The notes under the pieces are model-generated. The model saw nothing but the letters and a program-made list of their open reading frames with translations. It had not been told where the DNA came from and ran no database searches. Source: an uncultured Actinomycetes bacterium (lineage in GTDB: Bacteria > Actinomycetota > Thermoleophilia > UBA2241). From it: a stretch of 64,000 bases of DNA. The first letter of the stretch is position 1. Every line of letters starts with the position of its first letter. The DNA lies in the NCBI GenBank assembly GCA_963725665.1, contig CAVRZA010000011.1, forward strand, positions 288,001-352,000, in the 5' to 3' direction. This document shows positions 9,201 to 24,003 of the stretch, in pieces. Made by a program: the position numbers and the translations under genes.

Positions 9201-10566
9201 GTGTACGTCGCCTCCCTGAGACTCGTCAACTTCCGCAGCTACCGCGACAACCGGGTGCGCTTCTCGCCCGGCATCAACGTCATCGTCGGCGAGAACGCCA
9301 GCGGCAAGACGAACCTTCTCGAGGCGGCGTTCTTCGCCTTGCGCGCCGCCTCGCCGCGCACTAGCCGCGAGGAGAAGGTCGTCTCCTGGGGAGAGGAGTT
9401 CGCACGGGTGGCGGCCGAGGTGGGACAGCTCGTCGGCGACGAGCCGCCAACCGGGGGCGTTCGCTCAGCCGGCGACGAGCAGCCGCCGGTCGACGGCGGA
9501 CGGCTGCACACGGTCGAGGTCGCCTACGCCCCTGGACAGGGCAAGCGCATACGCTTCGACAGGGTCGAGGTGGAGAACCTGGGCGAGTTGCGACGACGAG
9601 CGCACGCGTTCATCTTCGTTCCCGAGAGCCTCTTGCTCGTGAAGGGTAGCCCCGCGCGACGCCGGGCCCACCTCGACGCCTTCGCCGCGACGATCGATCC
9701 TGCGTACGAGGCGACCGCCCAGGCGCTGCCGCTGGCGCTGAGGCAGCGCAACGCGCAACTCCAGCGCGTGCGCGAGGGCAGCGACAGCGCCGGCCTCGAC
9801 GTGTGGGACGGCCAGCTCGCCCGTGTCGGCGTCGAGCTCGGGCGGCGGCGAAGGGAGCTCGTCGCGCGCCTGGCGGCGCGCTTCGCTCCCTTCGCCGCCG
9901 CCCTCGCCCCGGCGGGCGGCGACTTCAGTCTGGTCTTGGCCTCGCACTTCGATGAGACCGGCCTCGACGAAGGGGCGTACCTGGCGGCCCTGCGCTCGCG
10001 CCGCGCGCGCGAGGTCGCGCGCGGCGCGAGCGCGTTTGGACCCCACCGCGACGACCTCCAGGTCGTCGAGCGCCAGGCGGACGGGCGTGTGCGCGACCTG
10101 CGCCTGTTCGGCTCTCAGGGCGAGCAACGAGCGGCCGTGCTGGCCCTCCTCCTGGCGGAGCGCGCGGTGGCCGAGGAGGCGACCGGCGACCTGGGCACGC
10201 TCTTCCTGGACGACGTCATGAGCGAGCTCGACGACGCCCGGCGCCGCTTGCTGGCGCGTGTGCTCAACGACGGCGGGCAGAGCATCATCACGACGACCAA
10301 CCTCCTGTACTTCACCGGTGAGGAGCTGGCCGGCGCGCGCGTGATCGAGTTGCCGCTCCCACAGAGCGCTCTCCTGCAGAGCGGTGGGGAGCCGCAGGGC
10401 GACGCCGTCGCGGCGGGAGGCGGGACCGCTTACGGGAGAGCCGGGGCTGATGCGGCCCGCGGTGGCGATGCCGCGGCGTCCGGCCACGACGGGTACGACG
10501 AGGGCGCCGCCGTGCGCGGCCACGGGTTGCCCGACGATGGCAGTGACGTCGCCGAGGCGGCCGGCG

Positions 10567-10574
<8 letters not shown>
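9201..10574 (+). CDS. recF: DNA replication/repair protein RecF
   Basis: NFRSY, GENASGKTNLLEA, GPHRDDL, SQGEQR, LDDVMSELD. Confidence 0.95.
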
Positions 10575-13586
<3,012 letters not shown>

Positions 13587-13683
13587 GCGCACGGCGACCG
13601 CGCGCCGGTCACGTCACACCGGTCGTCACCAGGCGGGCGCCCTGCGCCGCCGGCGTGGGGCGATCCTCTCTTCGAGGTAGGCC

Positions 13684-16158
<2,475 letters not shown>

Positions 16159-16262
16159 GCCTCGCCGGCGCGACCCGGCGCGGGGACCCGCACCGTAGCG
16201 CCGCACTCCACAGTGGCCGCCGGGCGACCGGTCAGGGCCCCTCGGGGGAGTACAATCCCCCT

Positions 16263-16514
16263 GTGATCAGCGCCACTCCGGGGCTCAGCGAATCCGACAC
16301 ACGTGCCAAGCTCATCGACCCGGCCATCCATGCTCGCGGCTGGACCGAGGAGCTGATCCGGCGCGAGGAGGCCGCCGGCGCCGTCGAGATCATCGACGGG
16401 CGGCCCTTCAAGCAAGCCAAGGGACGCATCGACTACACGCTGCGCATCAAGGTCTCGGCCGACGCGCGCAGCAGAAGATCATCGCCGATGCGATCAGAGA
16501 GCTGCGGGGGCTGA
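16263..16514 (+). pseudogene. N-terminal remnant of a type I restriction HsdR (EcoAI-like)
   Basis: LSESDTRAKLIDPAIHARGW.E..IRRE...G.......GRIDYTL resembles the HsdR N-terminus; the frame then degenerates and stops with no helicase domains. Confidence 0.65.
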
Positions 16515-16515
16515 C

Positions 16516-17124
16516 ATGACGGCGGGAGCGACGATCCCGAAGCCGCGGGATCTCGAGCGCGCACGCGCCGCCTTCCGGGAGCACGAGCCACGGGACATCT
16601 TCTATCGCGCAGCCAGAGAGCTGGTGGAAGCTGCGCTGCGCGGCGACGGCGAGCTGAAGGTCAGCGAGGCATTGGCGGTGCTGCTGCAGACCTGGAACAG
16701 GGCCTTTTACCAGTACCGGCCCTTCGACGAGCAGCACCTGGCCGACATAGACCGCCTATGCGAGAGCCACCAGGCCGACGTGGAACTCTGCCGGACCATG
16801 ACGATCGACGACATCGCCGCCGACGACGAGGCGTTCGTACGCGAGATCTTCGGCGATTTCGAGTCCGTTCTCGGGCCGGTAGGGGCGGCAAAGGCCCTGC
16901 ATCTCCTGGCGCCGGCGTTCTTCCCCCTGTGGGATCGCGCCATTGCGCAGGCGTGCGGTCTTGCGCTGCAGAAGACGGGCTCCAATTCGGAGCTGTATTT
17001 CCGCTTCATGCGGGTCACCCAGCTGCAGTGCCGGGAGCTGAGGTCCGCCGGCGTTTCCGGCGCCGACCTTCTGAAGCGCATTGACGAGTACAACTACTGC
17101 CGCTACACAATGGGGTGGCTGTAG
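16516..17124 (+). CDS. Hypothetical protein, possible HhH-type DNA glycosylase-like fold
   Basis: Clean 202-aa ORF; LGPVGAAKALHLLAP.FFPLWD and LLKRIDEYNY resemble HhH-K..H...P..D patterns. Confidence 0.55.
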   Translation: MTAGATIPKPRDLERARAAFREHEPRDIFYRAARELVEAALRGDGELKVSEALAVLLQTWNRAFYQYRPFDEQHLADIDRLCESHQADVELCRTMTIDDIAADDEAFVREIFGDFESVLGPVGAAKALHLLAPAFFPLWDRAIAQACGLALQKTGSNSELYFRFMRVTQLQCRELRSAGVSGADLLKRIDEYNYCRYTMGWL

Positions 17125-17236
17125 GTCCTCGGGACGCGCCGGCTGCCTGACCAAGGAGCCGTGCGGCCTCGAGGGCCAAACGCCGCTGATCACTCTCCTT
17201 GGCTGCGACTGAGCCGACGGCTTCGAGCGCGGCTGG

Positions 17237-18607
17237 TCAGGTCACCAGGATCGCCCGGAAGTCGTTGACGTTGGTGCGCGTGGGGCCGGTGACGACGAGG
17301 TCGTCGAGGGCGGCGAAGAAACCGTAGGCGTCGTTCGCCGCCAGAGCGGCCTCGGCGTCGACGCCGGCCCGAGCGGCGCGCTCGAGTGTGTCCGGGCCGG
17401 CCACGGCGCCGGCGTTGTCCTCGCTGCCGTCGATGCCGTCGGTGTCGCAGGCGAGCGCGGTGACGCCGGGGGCGCCGGCGAGGCCGACCGCCAGCGCGAG
17501 CAGGTACTCGCCGTTGCGACCGCCGCGCCCGCCGCCGCGCACCGTCACCGTCGTCTCGCCACCCGAGAGGAGCACGAACGGCGGCGCGGGCGGCGGGGTC
17601 GTGAGCACTGCGGGGCGGGCTGCCCCCGCGGCGACGGCCGTTTCGAGGGCGGCTTGTGCTTGCCGACCGTCGGTGGCGTGCGCGAGGGCGAGGGCGAGGC
17701 GCGCGTGCTCGGCGGCGAGCACGCGCGCCTCGCCCTCGAGATCGCCGCCGAGCACGAGCGCCGTGACACCTGCTGCCTGCGCCGCGCCCGCGGCCGCAGC
17801 GAGCGCTCGCCCGGCCGTGGCGACGACCTGCACGAGATCGTCGGCGAACCCCGGATCACCGGGCTTGGGCGTCTCGGGCGGGCGCCGGCCGGGACCCTGC
17901 GCCCCGTCGTAGAGGTGGGCCACGACGGCTGCTGGCCCCTCGATGTCGTAGCGGGCCAGCACGTCGAGAGCCTCCGCGAAGGTGGTGGGGTCGGGCAGGG
18001 TCGGCCCCGAGGCGACGACGGCCGCGTCGTCGCCGGGCACGTCGCTCACGACAAGGGTCGCCACACGAGCCGGGTGCGCCGCCTCGGCGAGGCGGCCGCC
18101 CTTCACCGCCGAGAGGTGCGTGCGTACGCAGTTCATCTCGCGGATCGAGGCGCCGCAGCGCAGCAGAATCGCCGTGACCGCCTGCGTGTCGTGCATCGAG
18201 AGCCCCGGGGCCGGCAACGCCAGCAGCGCCGAGCCACCGCCCGAGAAGAGGGCGACGAGCAGGTCGTCGGGCCCCAGGGCGCGCGCCAGCTCGAGGATGC
18301 GCGCGGCCGCCTCGCGGCCGCGCGCATCGGGCAGCGGGTGCGCCGCCTCGACGACCTCGATCCGCTCGCAGGGCACGCCGTGCCCGTCGCGGGTGACGAC
18401 GAGCCCCTCCAGAGGGCCGCCCCACGCTTGCTCCACGGCGCGTGCCATGACCGCTGCGGCCTTGCCGGCGCCGACGACGACGGTGCGTCCGGCCGGCGGC
18501 GTGGGCAAGACCGCGGCCAGCTCGTCCCAGGGCGAGGCCGCGGCGACGGCCGTCTCGAAGAGACTGCGCAAGAAGACGCGCGGGTCGTCCACTAGGCCGG
18601 CTCCCAT
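17237..18607 (-). CDS. Glycerate kinase, class II (TtuD/MOFRL)
   Basis: GAGKAA..MA, AAHP.PD, SGGGSAL, LS.VKGG.L, SDVPGD, SGP, SGGETTV, GGRN, TDGIDG, TG.T.TNVND. Confidence 0.93.
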   Translation of the reverse strand: MGAGLVDDPRVFLRSLFETAVAAASPWDELAAVLPTPPAGRTVVVGAGKAAAVMARAVEQAWGGPLEGLVVTRDGHGVPCERIEVVEAAHPLPDARGREAAARILELARALGPDDLLVALFSGGGSALLALPAPGLSMHDTQAVTAILLRCGASIREMNCVRTHLSAVKGGRLAEAAHPARVATLVVSDVPGDDAAVVASGPTLPDPTTFAEALDVLARYDIEGPAAVVAHLYDGAQGPGRRPPETPKPGDPGFADDLVQVVATAGRALAAAAGAAQAAGVTALVLGGDLEGEARVLAAEHARLALALAHATDGRQAQAALETAVAAGAARPAVLTTPPPAPPFVLLSGGETTVTVRGGGRGGRNGEYLLALAVGLAGAPGVTALACDTDGIDGSEDNAGAVAGPDTLERAARAGVDAEAALAANDAYGFFAALDDLVVTGPTRTNVNDFRAILVT

Positions 18608-18623
18608 TGGCGGTGCACGTTCA

Positions 18624-21268
18624 TCAGACCAGCCCCCGCAGCCTTGCCGCCGCGCGCTCGAACTCGGGCCCTGTGAAACAGTAGCCGAGCTCGGTGAACC
18701 CGGCGCGCAGCTCGCGCACGCGCTCCCGCACGTCGGCGTCCTCGAGGATCACCGCGGCCATGAGGTCGGCCACCTCGGCGAAGTCGGCCTCCTTCATGCC
18801 GAAGCGCGTCATCTCGGAGACACCCAGGCGCAGACCGCCGGCGGCTGTGAACGCCTCCTCGTCGGGCAGGCCCTGGTAGTTGCAGATGATGTTGCTCGCC
18901 TCGAGACGCTCGGCGACCTCGTGTCCACGTCCGTAGCCGACCTTGACGACGACCTGGTGGGTCTCCGTGAAGTCGACGGCAGGGTCGCCGGCGACCGACA
19001 CGCCGCGCCCGTGCAGCGCCCGGGCGAAGGCCTTGGCGTTGGCGATCACCTGCGGCTGGTAGGAGTCCTTGAAGGCCATCATCTCGTAGGTGGCCAGAAG
19101 CAGCCCGAGCAGCGTGCCCAGGTGGTGGTTGGAGACAGACCCCGGGAACGTGCGGCGCTGGATCGCCTCCCAGAGGTCGTAGCGCTCCTCGCCCTCGACG
19201 AAGCGGCTGCCGACGACTCCGCGCTGCGTGCCGAAGAAGGTCTTGTGCGTCGAGCCCGTGACCAGGTCGGCGCCCTCCGCGAACGGCTGCTGGAAGTGCG
19301 GCCCGACGAGGCCCAGCACGTGGGCCATGTCGTACATGACGACGGCGTCGAGGCCGGTCTCGTCGAGGTACGCGCGCACCTCGCGCACCGGCTCGGGGTG
19401 CAGCACCATGCTGCGCCCGAAGATGATGAGCTCGGGCCGGAAGCGCTCGATGAGCTCGTACGTCTCGGCGAGGTCGATGCGGTAGGGGTTGTCCTCACGC
19501 ATGGGGAAGTTGACCACGGCCGGCGCGTCGGTGCGCGGATAGCGGGCGACGTAGTCGCGCAGCGCCCCCATGGGCTGGGCGCTCAGGTGTCCGCCCTTGG
19601 CGATGTGGTTGTTCATCACCATGCCGATGCGCCGCGGCTCGGCCTTGGGGTCGCCGCGGTTGAGGTACTCGACCATGGCGCTGAAGACGGCGGCGTTGGC
19701 CATCTGGCCGCTGATCACGCGCGTCTCGGCCTCGGCACAGCCCAGGTAGGCGGCCATCTCGGCCCGCAGACGCTCCTCGACCGCCTCGATGAACCGGTGC
19801 CCTGGTAGTAGAAGACATCGACGTCGTAGAAGGCCTCCGCCTGCCGATGCTCGGCGTAGCGGAAGGCGGGGTCCATGATCGAGGCCAGGCGCACGAGCGG
19901 CGAGGCCGTCATCTCGGACGGTATGAGGTTGATGCACTCCCGCTGCCGCCACTCGGTGTTGCTGACCGTCTCGTCGAGCAGCAGGCGCGCCTTCGCCGGC
20001 GCGTCTCCGCCCGACAGCTCGGGCCCCGGCGGCTCGTAGTCGTAGACGATCGGCCGCGCGTACGGCGGGGCGTCGCTGCGCGCGTGATAGGGCACGACGA
20101 CGGCGCGCGCGCGACTGCCGCGGATGTCGACCGCGACGATGTCGTCCTCGACGATGTCGCTGTCGATGTAGGCCAGGGCGATGGCGCGCTGCGCCTTCTC
20201 GTCGGTCAGGCGCGAGTCGAGACCCTCGCCGACGATCTGCCAGTAGGGGATCGAGGTGCCGCTACTGACCCAGCCGACCCGCTTCTCGTCCTTGAAGACG
20301 GGAGCGCCGGAACGCGCGATGCCGCGCTCCGCGAGCGCGATGGGCTGGACCAGGCGTGGCAGATCGTCGATCAGCGAGTAGTCGCGGCCGACGATGCGCA
20401 CGTAGGCGTCGTGCTGGCGGCGCAGCGACTCGCGTCCGATGTATTGGCCTTTGAGCGGCGAGAAGCTCACGGCGAGCTTCGCCAGGGGGATGGCGTAGAT
20501 GGGGATCTCCACGCCGTCGGGATCGACGCCCAGCTCGAAGCCGTAGAGCGGCAGGCCGGCCTCGAGCCGCAGGGTGTCGCGGGCGCCGAGCCCGGCGGGC
20601 TCGGCGCCCGCGCCGACGAGAACGTCCCAGAGCTCGCCGGCGTGCTCGGCGACCACGAAGAGCTCGAAGCAGAGCGGCTCGCCGGTGTAGCCCGTGCGTC
20701 CGATCTTGACCTCGAAGCCGCCCAGCGTGGCGATGCTGAGCTCGTTGCGCATGACGTCGGGCAGGCCGCCCTTGGTGAGCAACGGCGCCAGCACGTCGCG
20801 CGAGCGCGGCCCCTGCAGGGCCACCATGGCGATGCGGCGCGTCGCGTCCTCGAGCTCAAGCCCGGCAAAGCGGCCGCGCTCGCGGGTGAAGTGCTCCCAG
20901 TCCTTCTCCCGGTTGGCGGCGTTCACGACCAGCAGGTACTCGTCCTCATGGAAGCGGTAGAGGTAGGCGTCGTCGATCGCCCCGCCCGTGGGCGTGGGGA
21001 CGACCGTGTACTGCGCCTGACAGACCTCGAGCCCGGCGGCGTTGTTGGTCAGGACGTGCTGCAGGAACGGCAAGGCTTCGGGGCCGCGCAGCACGAAGCG
21101 GCCCATGTGCGAGACGTCGAAGAGCCCTGCCCGCTTGCGTGTCGCCAAGTGCTCGCCGATGATGCCCGTCGGGTACTGGACGGGCATCTCCCAGCCGGCG
21201 AACTCGACGAGCTTGGCCCCGGCTGCCACATGGCGTGCGAAGAGCGCGGTGCGCGCAAGCCCGGCCAT
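18624..21268 (-). CDS. GcvT aminomethyltransferase - serine hydroxymethyltransferase fusion (1-nt frameshift near 19795)
   Basis: GcvT part: FAGWEMPVQY, LFDVSHMG, RTGYTGE, GLGARDTLRLEAG. The same frame runs on into SHMT (INLIPSE, RYAEH..YYQG); the shifted frame has SGQMAN, GGHLS, DMAHVLGL, GSTHKTFFG and R.G. Confidence 0.85.
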
Positions 21269-21270
21269 CG

Positions 21271-22521
21271 TCACAACGACCGCCCCTCGACGAAGGCCTT
21301 CAGCCTGCCCAAGCCCATCGCGATGCGGTCGGCGTCGATGCCCGAGTAGGCGATGCGGATGTAGCGCCGGTGCTCGCCCGGAAGCTCCCGCCCGAAGTGC
21401 AGCCGGGTGCAGAAGGAACAGCCGGTGGCGTCGAGCGCGCCTAAGCGAAAGTCGGCGTAGTCGGTCAGGCCGGTGCGCTCCATGGCCCCCGTTACGTCGG
21501 GGAAGAGGTAGAAGGTGGCGTCGGGCGAGTAGCATGAGACGCCCTCTATGTCGTTGAGGGCACGCACGGCGATGTCGCGCCGCTCCTGCAGCACGCGCAG
21601 GATCTCCTGCGGCCCCGACTGGTCGCCGGTGAGGGCCTCGACGCCGGCGTACTGCACGAAGTGGTTGGTGCAGGACTCTTCGTTCACGTTGAGCGTGGCG
21701 ATGACGGAGATGACCTCCTTGGGGCCCACGGCGCCGCCGAGCCGCCAGCCCGTCATGGCGAACTTCTTGCTGAACGTGTACAGGATCACGGTGCGCTCGG
21801 CCAAGCCCGGCAGCGAGGCGATCGACCGGCTCTTACCGCTGTAGCGGATGTCCCAGTAGGCCTCGTCGGAGAGGACGTAGAGGTCGTGCTTGAGCGCCAG
21901 CTCGGCCAGCGCCTCGAGCTCCTCGGGCGGGCTCTCGGCGCCGGTGGGGTTGTGCTGGTTGTTGTAGATGAGCAGGCGCGTGCGGGGCGTGATGGCGGCC
22001 TCGATCGCATCGAAATCGAGCAGGAAGTTCCGCTCTCCGGGGATGAAGCCGTACGGCTTGGCGACACCGCCGTGGAACTCGATCTGCGACTCGTAGATGG
22101 GGAAGCCGGGGTTCGGATAGAGGACCTCGTCGCCCGGGTTCATGAGCGTGAGGAGGAACTTCTCGATGACCGGCTTGCCGCCGGGCTGCACGGCGACGTT
22201 CTCGGCCGAGTAGGCGATGCCGTGTGTGCTCGAGACCTCGACCGCCAGCGCCTCCCGAAGCTGGGGGATGCCGCCGTTGGGGCAGTAGCCGGTCTTGCCG
22301 TCGCGCATGGCGCGCTCCGCTGCCGCCATGACGTTCTCCGGCGTGCGCAGGTTCATGTCGCCGAGGTGGAAGGGAAAGATCTCGTTGCCTTCTTGCGCGA
22401 AGGCCGTCGCCTCGGCCGATACGGCGAACGCCGTCTCCGTGCCCAGGTGCGCCACCCGATCGGCGAGCTTCATGGTCATCTGCGTCATGTCGTCCTCCGC
22501 TCCGGTCTTGATCTCTGACAT
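21271..22521 (-). CDS. PLP-dependent aminotransferase class I/II
   Basis: NPTG, SDEAY, SKKFAMTGWRLG (PLP lysine), IRIAYS. Confidence 0.9.
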   Translation of the reverse strand: MSEIKTGAEDDMTQMTMKLADRVAHLGTETAFAVSAEATAFAQEGNEIFPFHLGDMNLRTPENVMAAAERAMRDGKTGYCPNGGIPQLREALAVEVSSTHGIAYSAENVAVQPGGKPVIEKFLLTLMNPGDEVLYPNPGFPIYESQIEFHGGVAKPYGFIPGERNFLLDFDAIEAAITPRTRLLIYNNQHNPTGAESPPEELEALAELALKHDLYVLSDEAYWDIRYSGKSRSIASLPGLAERTVILYTFSKKFAMTGWRLGGAVGPKEVISVIATLNVNEESCTNHFVQYAGVEALTGDQSGPQEILRVLQERRDIAVRALNDIEGVSCYSPDATFYLFPDVTGAMERTGLTDYADFRLGALDATGCSFCTRLHFGRELPGEHRRYIRIAYSGIDADRIAMGLGRLKAFVEGRSL

Positions 22522-22532
22522 GTCGTCTCCCC

Positions 22533-23684
22533 TCAGGATGGCTGGTCGCACATCGGCAGGCCGAGTTCGGCGGCATTGACTATGCTCGGCGCCGCCTGCG
22601 GCGGCGCCGAGCCCAAGAAGGGCGTCACGTCGTCCCGGCCCCACACCGGCCAGCCCTGCAGGCAGGCGGCGATGTTGCTCGCCGCAAGAGTGGCCATGCC
22701 CTCGCGCGTCCAGCTCGTCGCCGAGCCGATGTGCGGCACGGCGACGACGTTGGGCAGCTCGGCAAGCCCCGGCGCGAGCTCGGGCTCGTGCTCGAATACG
22801 TCCAGGCCGGCGTAGAACCCCGGGTTCGCCCGGCAGTGGTCGACCAGCGCCGCCTCGTCGACGATCGGTCCGCGGCTCGCGTTGATGAGGATCGCTGTGG
22901 GCTTCATCAACGCGAGCCGCCGCGCGTCGATGAGGTGCACGGTCTCATCGCTGAGCACGGTGTGCAGGCTCACCACGTCGGCCGTGCGCAGCACCTCATC
23001 GGCACTCTCGGCCCGCCGGCAACGGACCGGCGCCTGCCCGTGACGGGCGAGGAAGGCGCCGTAGTCGGCGAGGTATCCTTCGAGGGTCTCGTTGCCGTGC
23101 GGGTCGAAGTAGACCAGGTCCATCTTGTGGCCCTCGACCATCATCCTCGCGTAAGCGGCGCCGATGCGCCCTGCGCCGATGACGCCCACGGTCTTGCGCC
23201 AGAGCAGCTCGCCCAGGAAGAGCGTCGGCAGCCAGCCCCTGAAGCGGCCGGCGGCGAGGTAGTCGTGGGCCTCGACGACGCGCCGCGCCGCGGCGAAGGT
23301 CAGGGCGACGGCGAGCTGCGCCGTCGTCGCCGTCAACACCCCGGGGGTATTGCCCACGGCTATGCCCCGACTCGTGGCCGCCGCCAGATCGACGTTGTTG
23401 TAGCCGACGGCGTAGTTGCTGTAGGCGTGACCGCCCGCCGACGCGAGCGCGTCGAAGGCGGCCGCGCCCCAGGGCTCCGTGAGCTGGCCGATGACCCCGT
23501 CGCAGCGCTCGCCGATCATCTCCACCAGCTCGTCGATGGTCATGGGCTCGGTCGAGAGGCACATGTCGACACGGCAGTCGGCGGCCACGAGGCGTTCGAA
23601 CCAGAGTCGCCCCGGGAGCTCCTGGGTGACGAAGACGCGCCGCGTCCCGGTGGGGTTCTCGATCCAGCACTCCTTGCCGCTCAA
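22533..23684 (-). CDS. Hydroxypyruvate reductase / D-glycerate dehydrogenase, plant HPR1-like
   Basis: DGVIGQLTEPWG, AVGYNNVD, GNTPGVLT, GAGRIG.AYARMMVEG.KM, SRGP, DVFE.EP, PHIGSA..WTREGMATLAA, PSIVNA..LGLP; TTG start after AGGAGG. Confidence 0.9.
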   Translation of the reverse strand: MSGKECWIENPTGTRRVFVTQELPGRLWFERLVAADCRVDMCLSTEPMTIDELVEMIGERCDGVIGQLTEPWGAAAFDALASAGGHAYSNYAVGYNNVDLAAATSRGIAVGNTPGVLTATTAQLAVALTFAAARRVVEAHDYLAAGRFRGWLPTLFLGELLWRKTVGVIGAGRIGAAYARMMVEGHKMDLVYFDPHGNETLEGYLADYGAFLARHGQAPVRCRRAESADEVLRTADVVSLHTVLSDETVHLIDARRLALMKPTAILINASRGPIVDEAALVDHCRANPGFYAGLDVFEHEPELAPGLAELPNVVAVPHIGSATSWTREGMATLAASNIAACLQGWPVWGRDDVTPFLGSAPPQAAPSIVNAAELGLPMCDQPS

Positions 23685-23702
23685 ACGCCGCTCCTCCTGC
23701 CT

Positions 23703-23741
23703 GAAAGGCGAAAGGACAGGGTGAGCTCCCTCACCCTGTCC
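23703..23741 (-). terminator. Hairpin followed by a U-rich tract in the glycine riboswitch expression platform
   Basis: GGACAGGGTGAG-ggag-CTCACCCTGTCC (12-bp stem) followed by TTTCGCCTTTC. Confidence 0.6.
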
Positions 23742-23783
23742 CAGTGTGCGGTCGCTTTCCGACGCTGGTCCGGGGGCCCGTCC

Positions 23784-23888
23784 CGTCGCGATCCTTGGGC
23801 CTGAGAGTTTCGGCGGCAGCACCGCCTTGCCCCTTCGGCGCCCGCCGCGCACAGACTCACCGCGGTGGGCTCTCGCGCGACGTTCAGT
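23784..23888 (-). ncRNA. Glycine riboswitch aptamer
   Basis: Minus strand: CGTCGCG-CGAGAG-[P2]-CGCCGAAGGGGCAA-[GGCGG..CCGCC]-GAAACTCTCAGGCCCAAGGA-TCGCGACG; upstream of a gcvT/SHMT operon. Confidence 0.9.
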
Positions 23889-23915
23889 CGGGCGTCCTTC
23901 GCTGCTTGCGGCGCC

Positions 23916-23945
23916 AATCTAGCAGCGCCCGCGTGAAGAGGTCAA
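23916..23945 (-). promoter_or_regulatory. sigma70-type promoter of the glycine operon
   Basis: TTGACC (23945-23940)-N18-TAGATT (23921-23916). Confidence 0.55.
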
Positions 23946-23980
23946 CCGCCGCCCTCAACCGCCGCCCTCAACCGCCGCCG
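23942..23980 (+). repeat. 13-bp tandem repeat, three copies (TCAACCGCCGCCC)
   Basis: Copies at 23942, 23955 and 23968 (last base differs in the third). Confidence 0.9.
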
Positions 23981-24003
23981 GCTTCTGGTAGAATCTCGTC
24001 TCC

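Noticed and set aside
23942-23980. CRISPR-like array
   Set aside because: Contiguous 13-bp units with no spacers and no cas genes.
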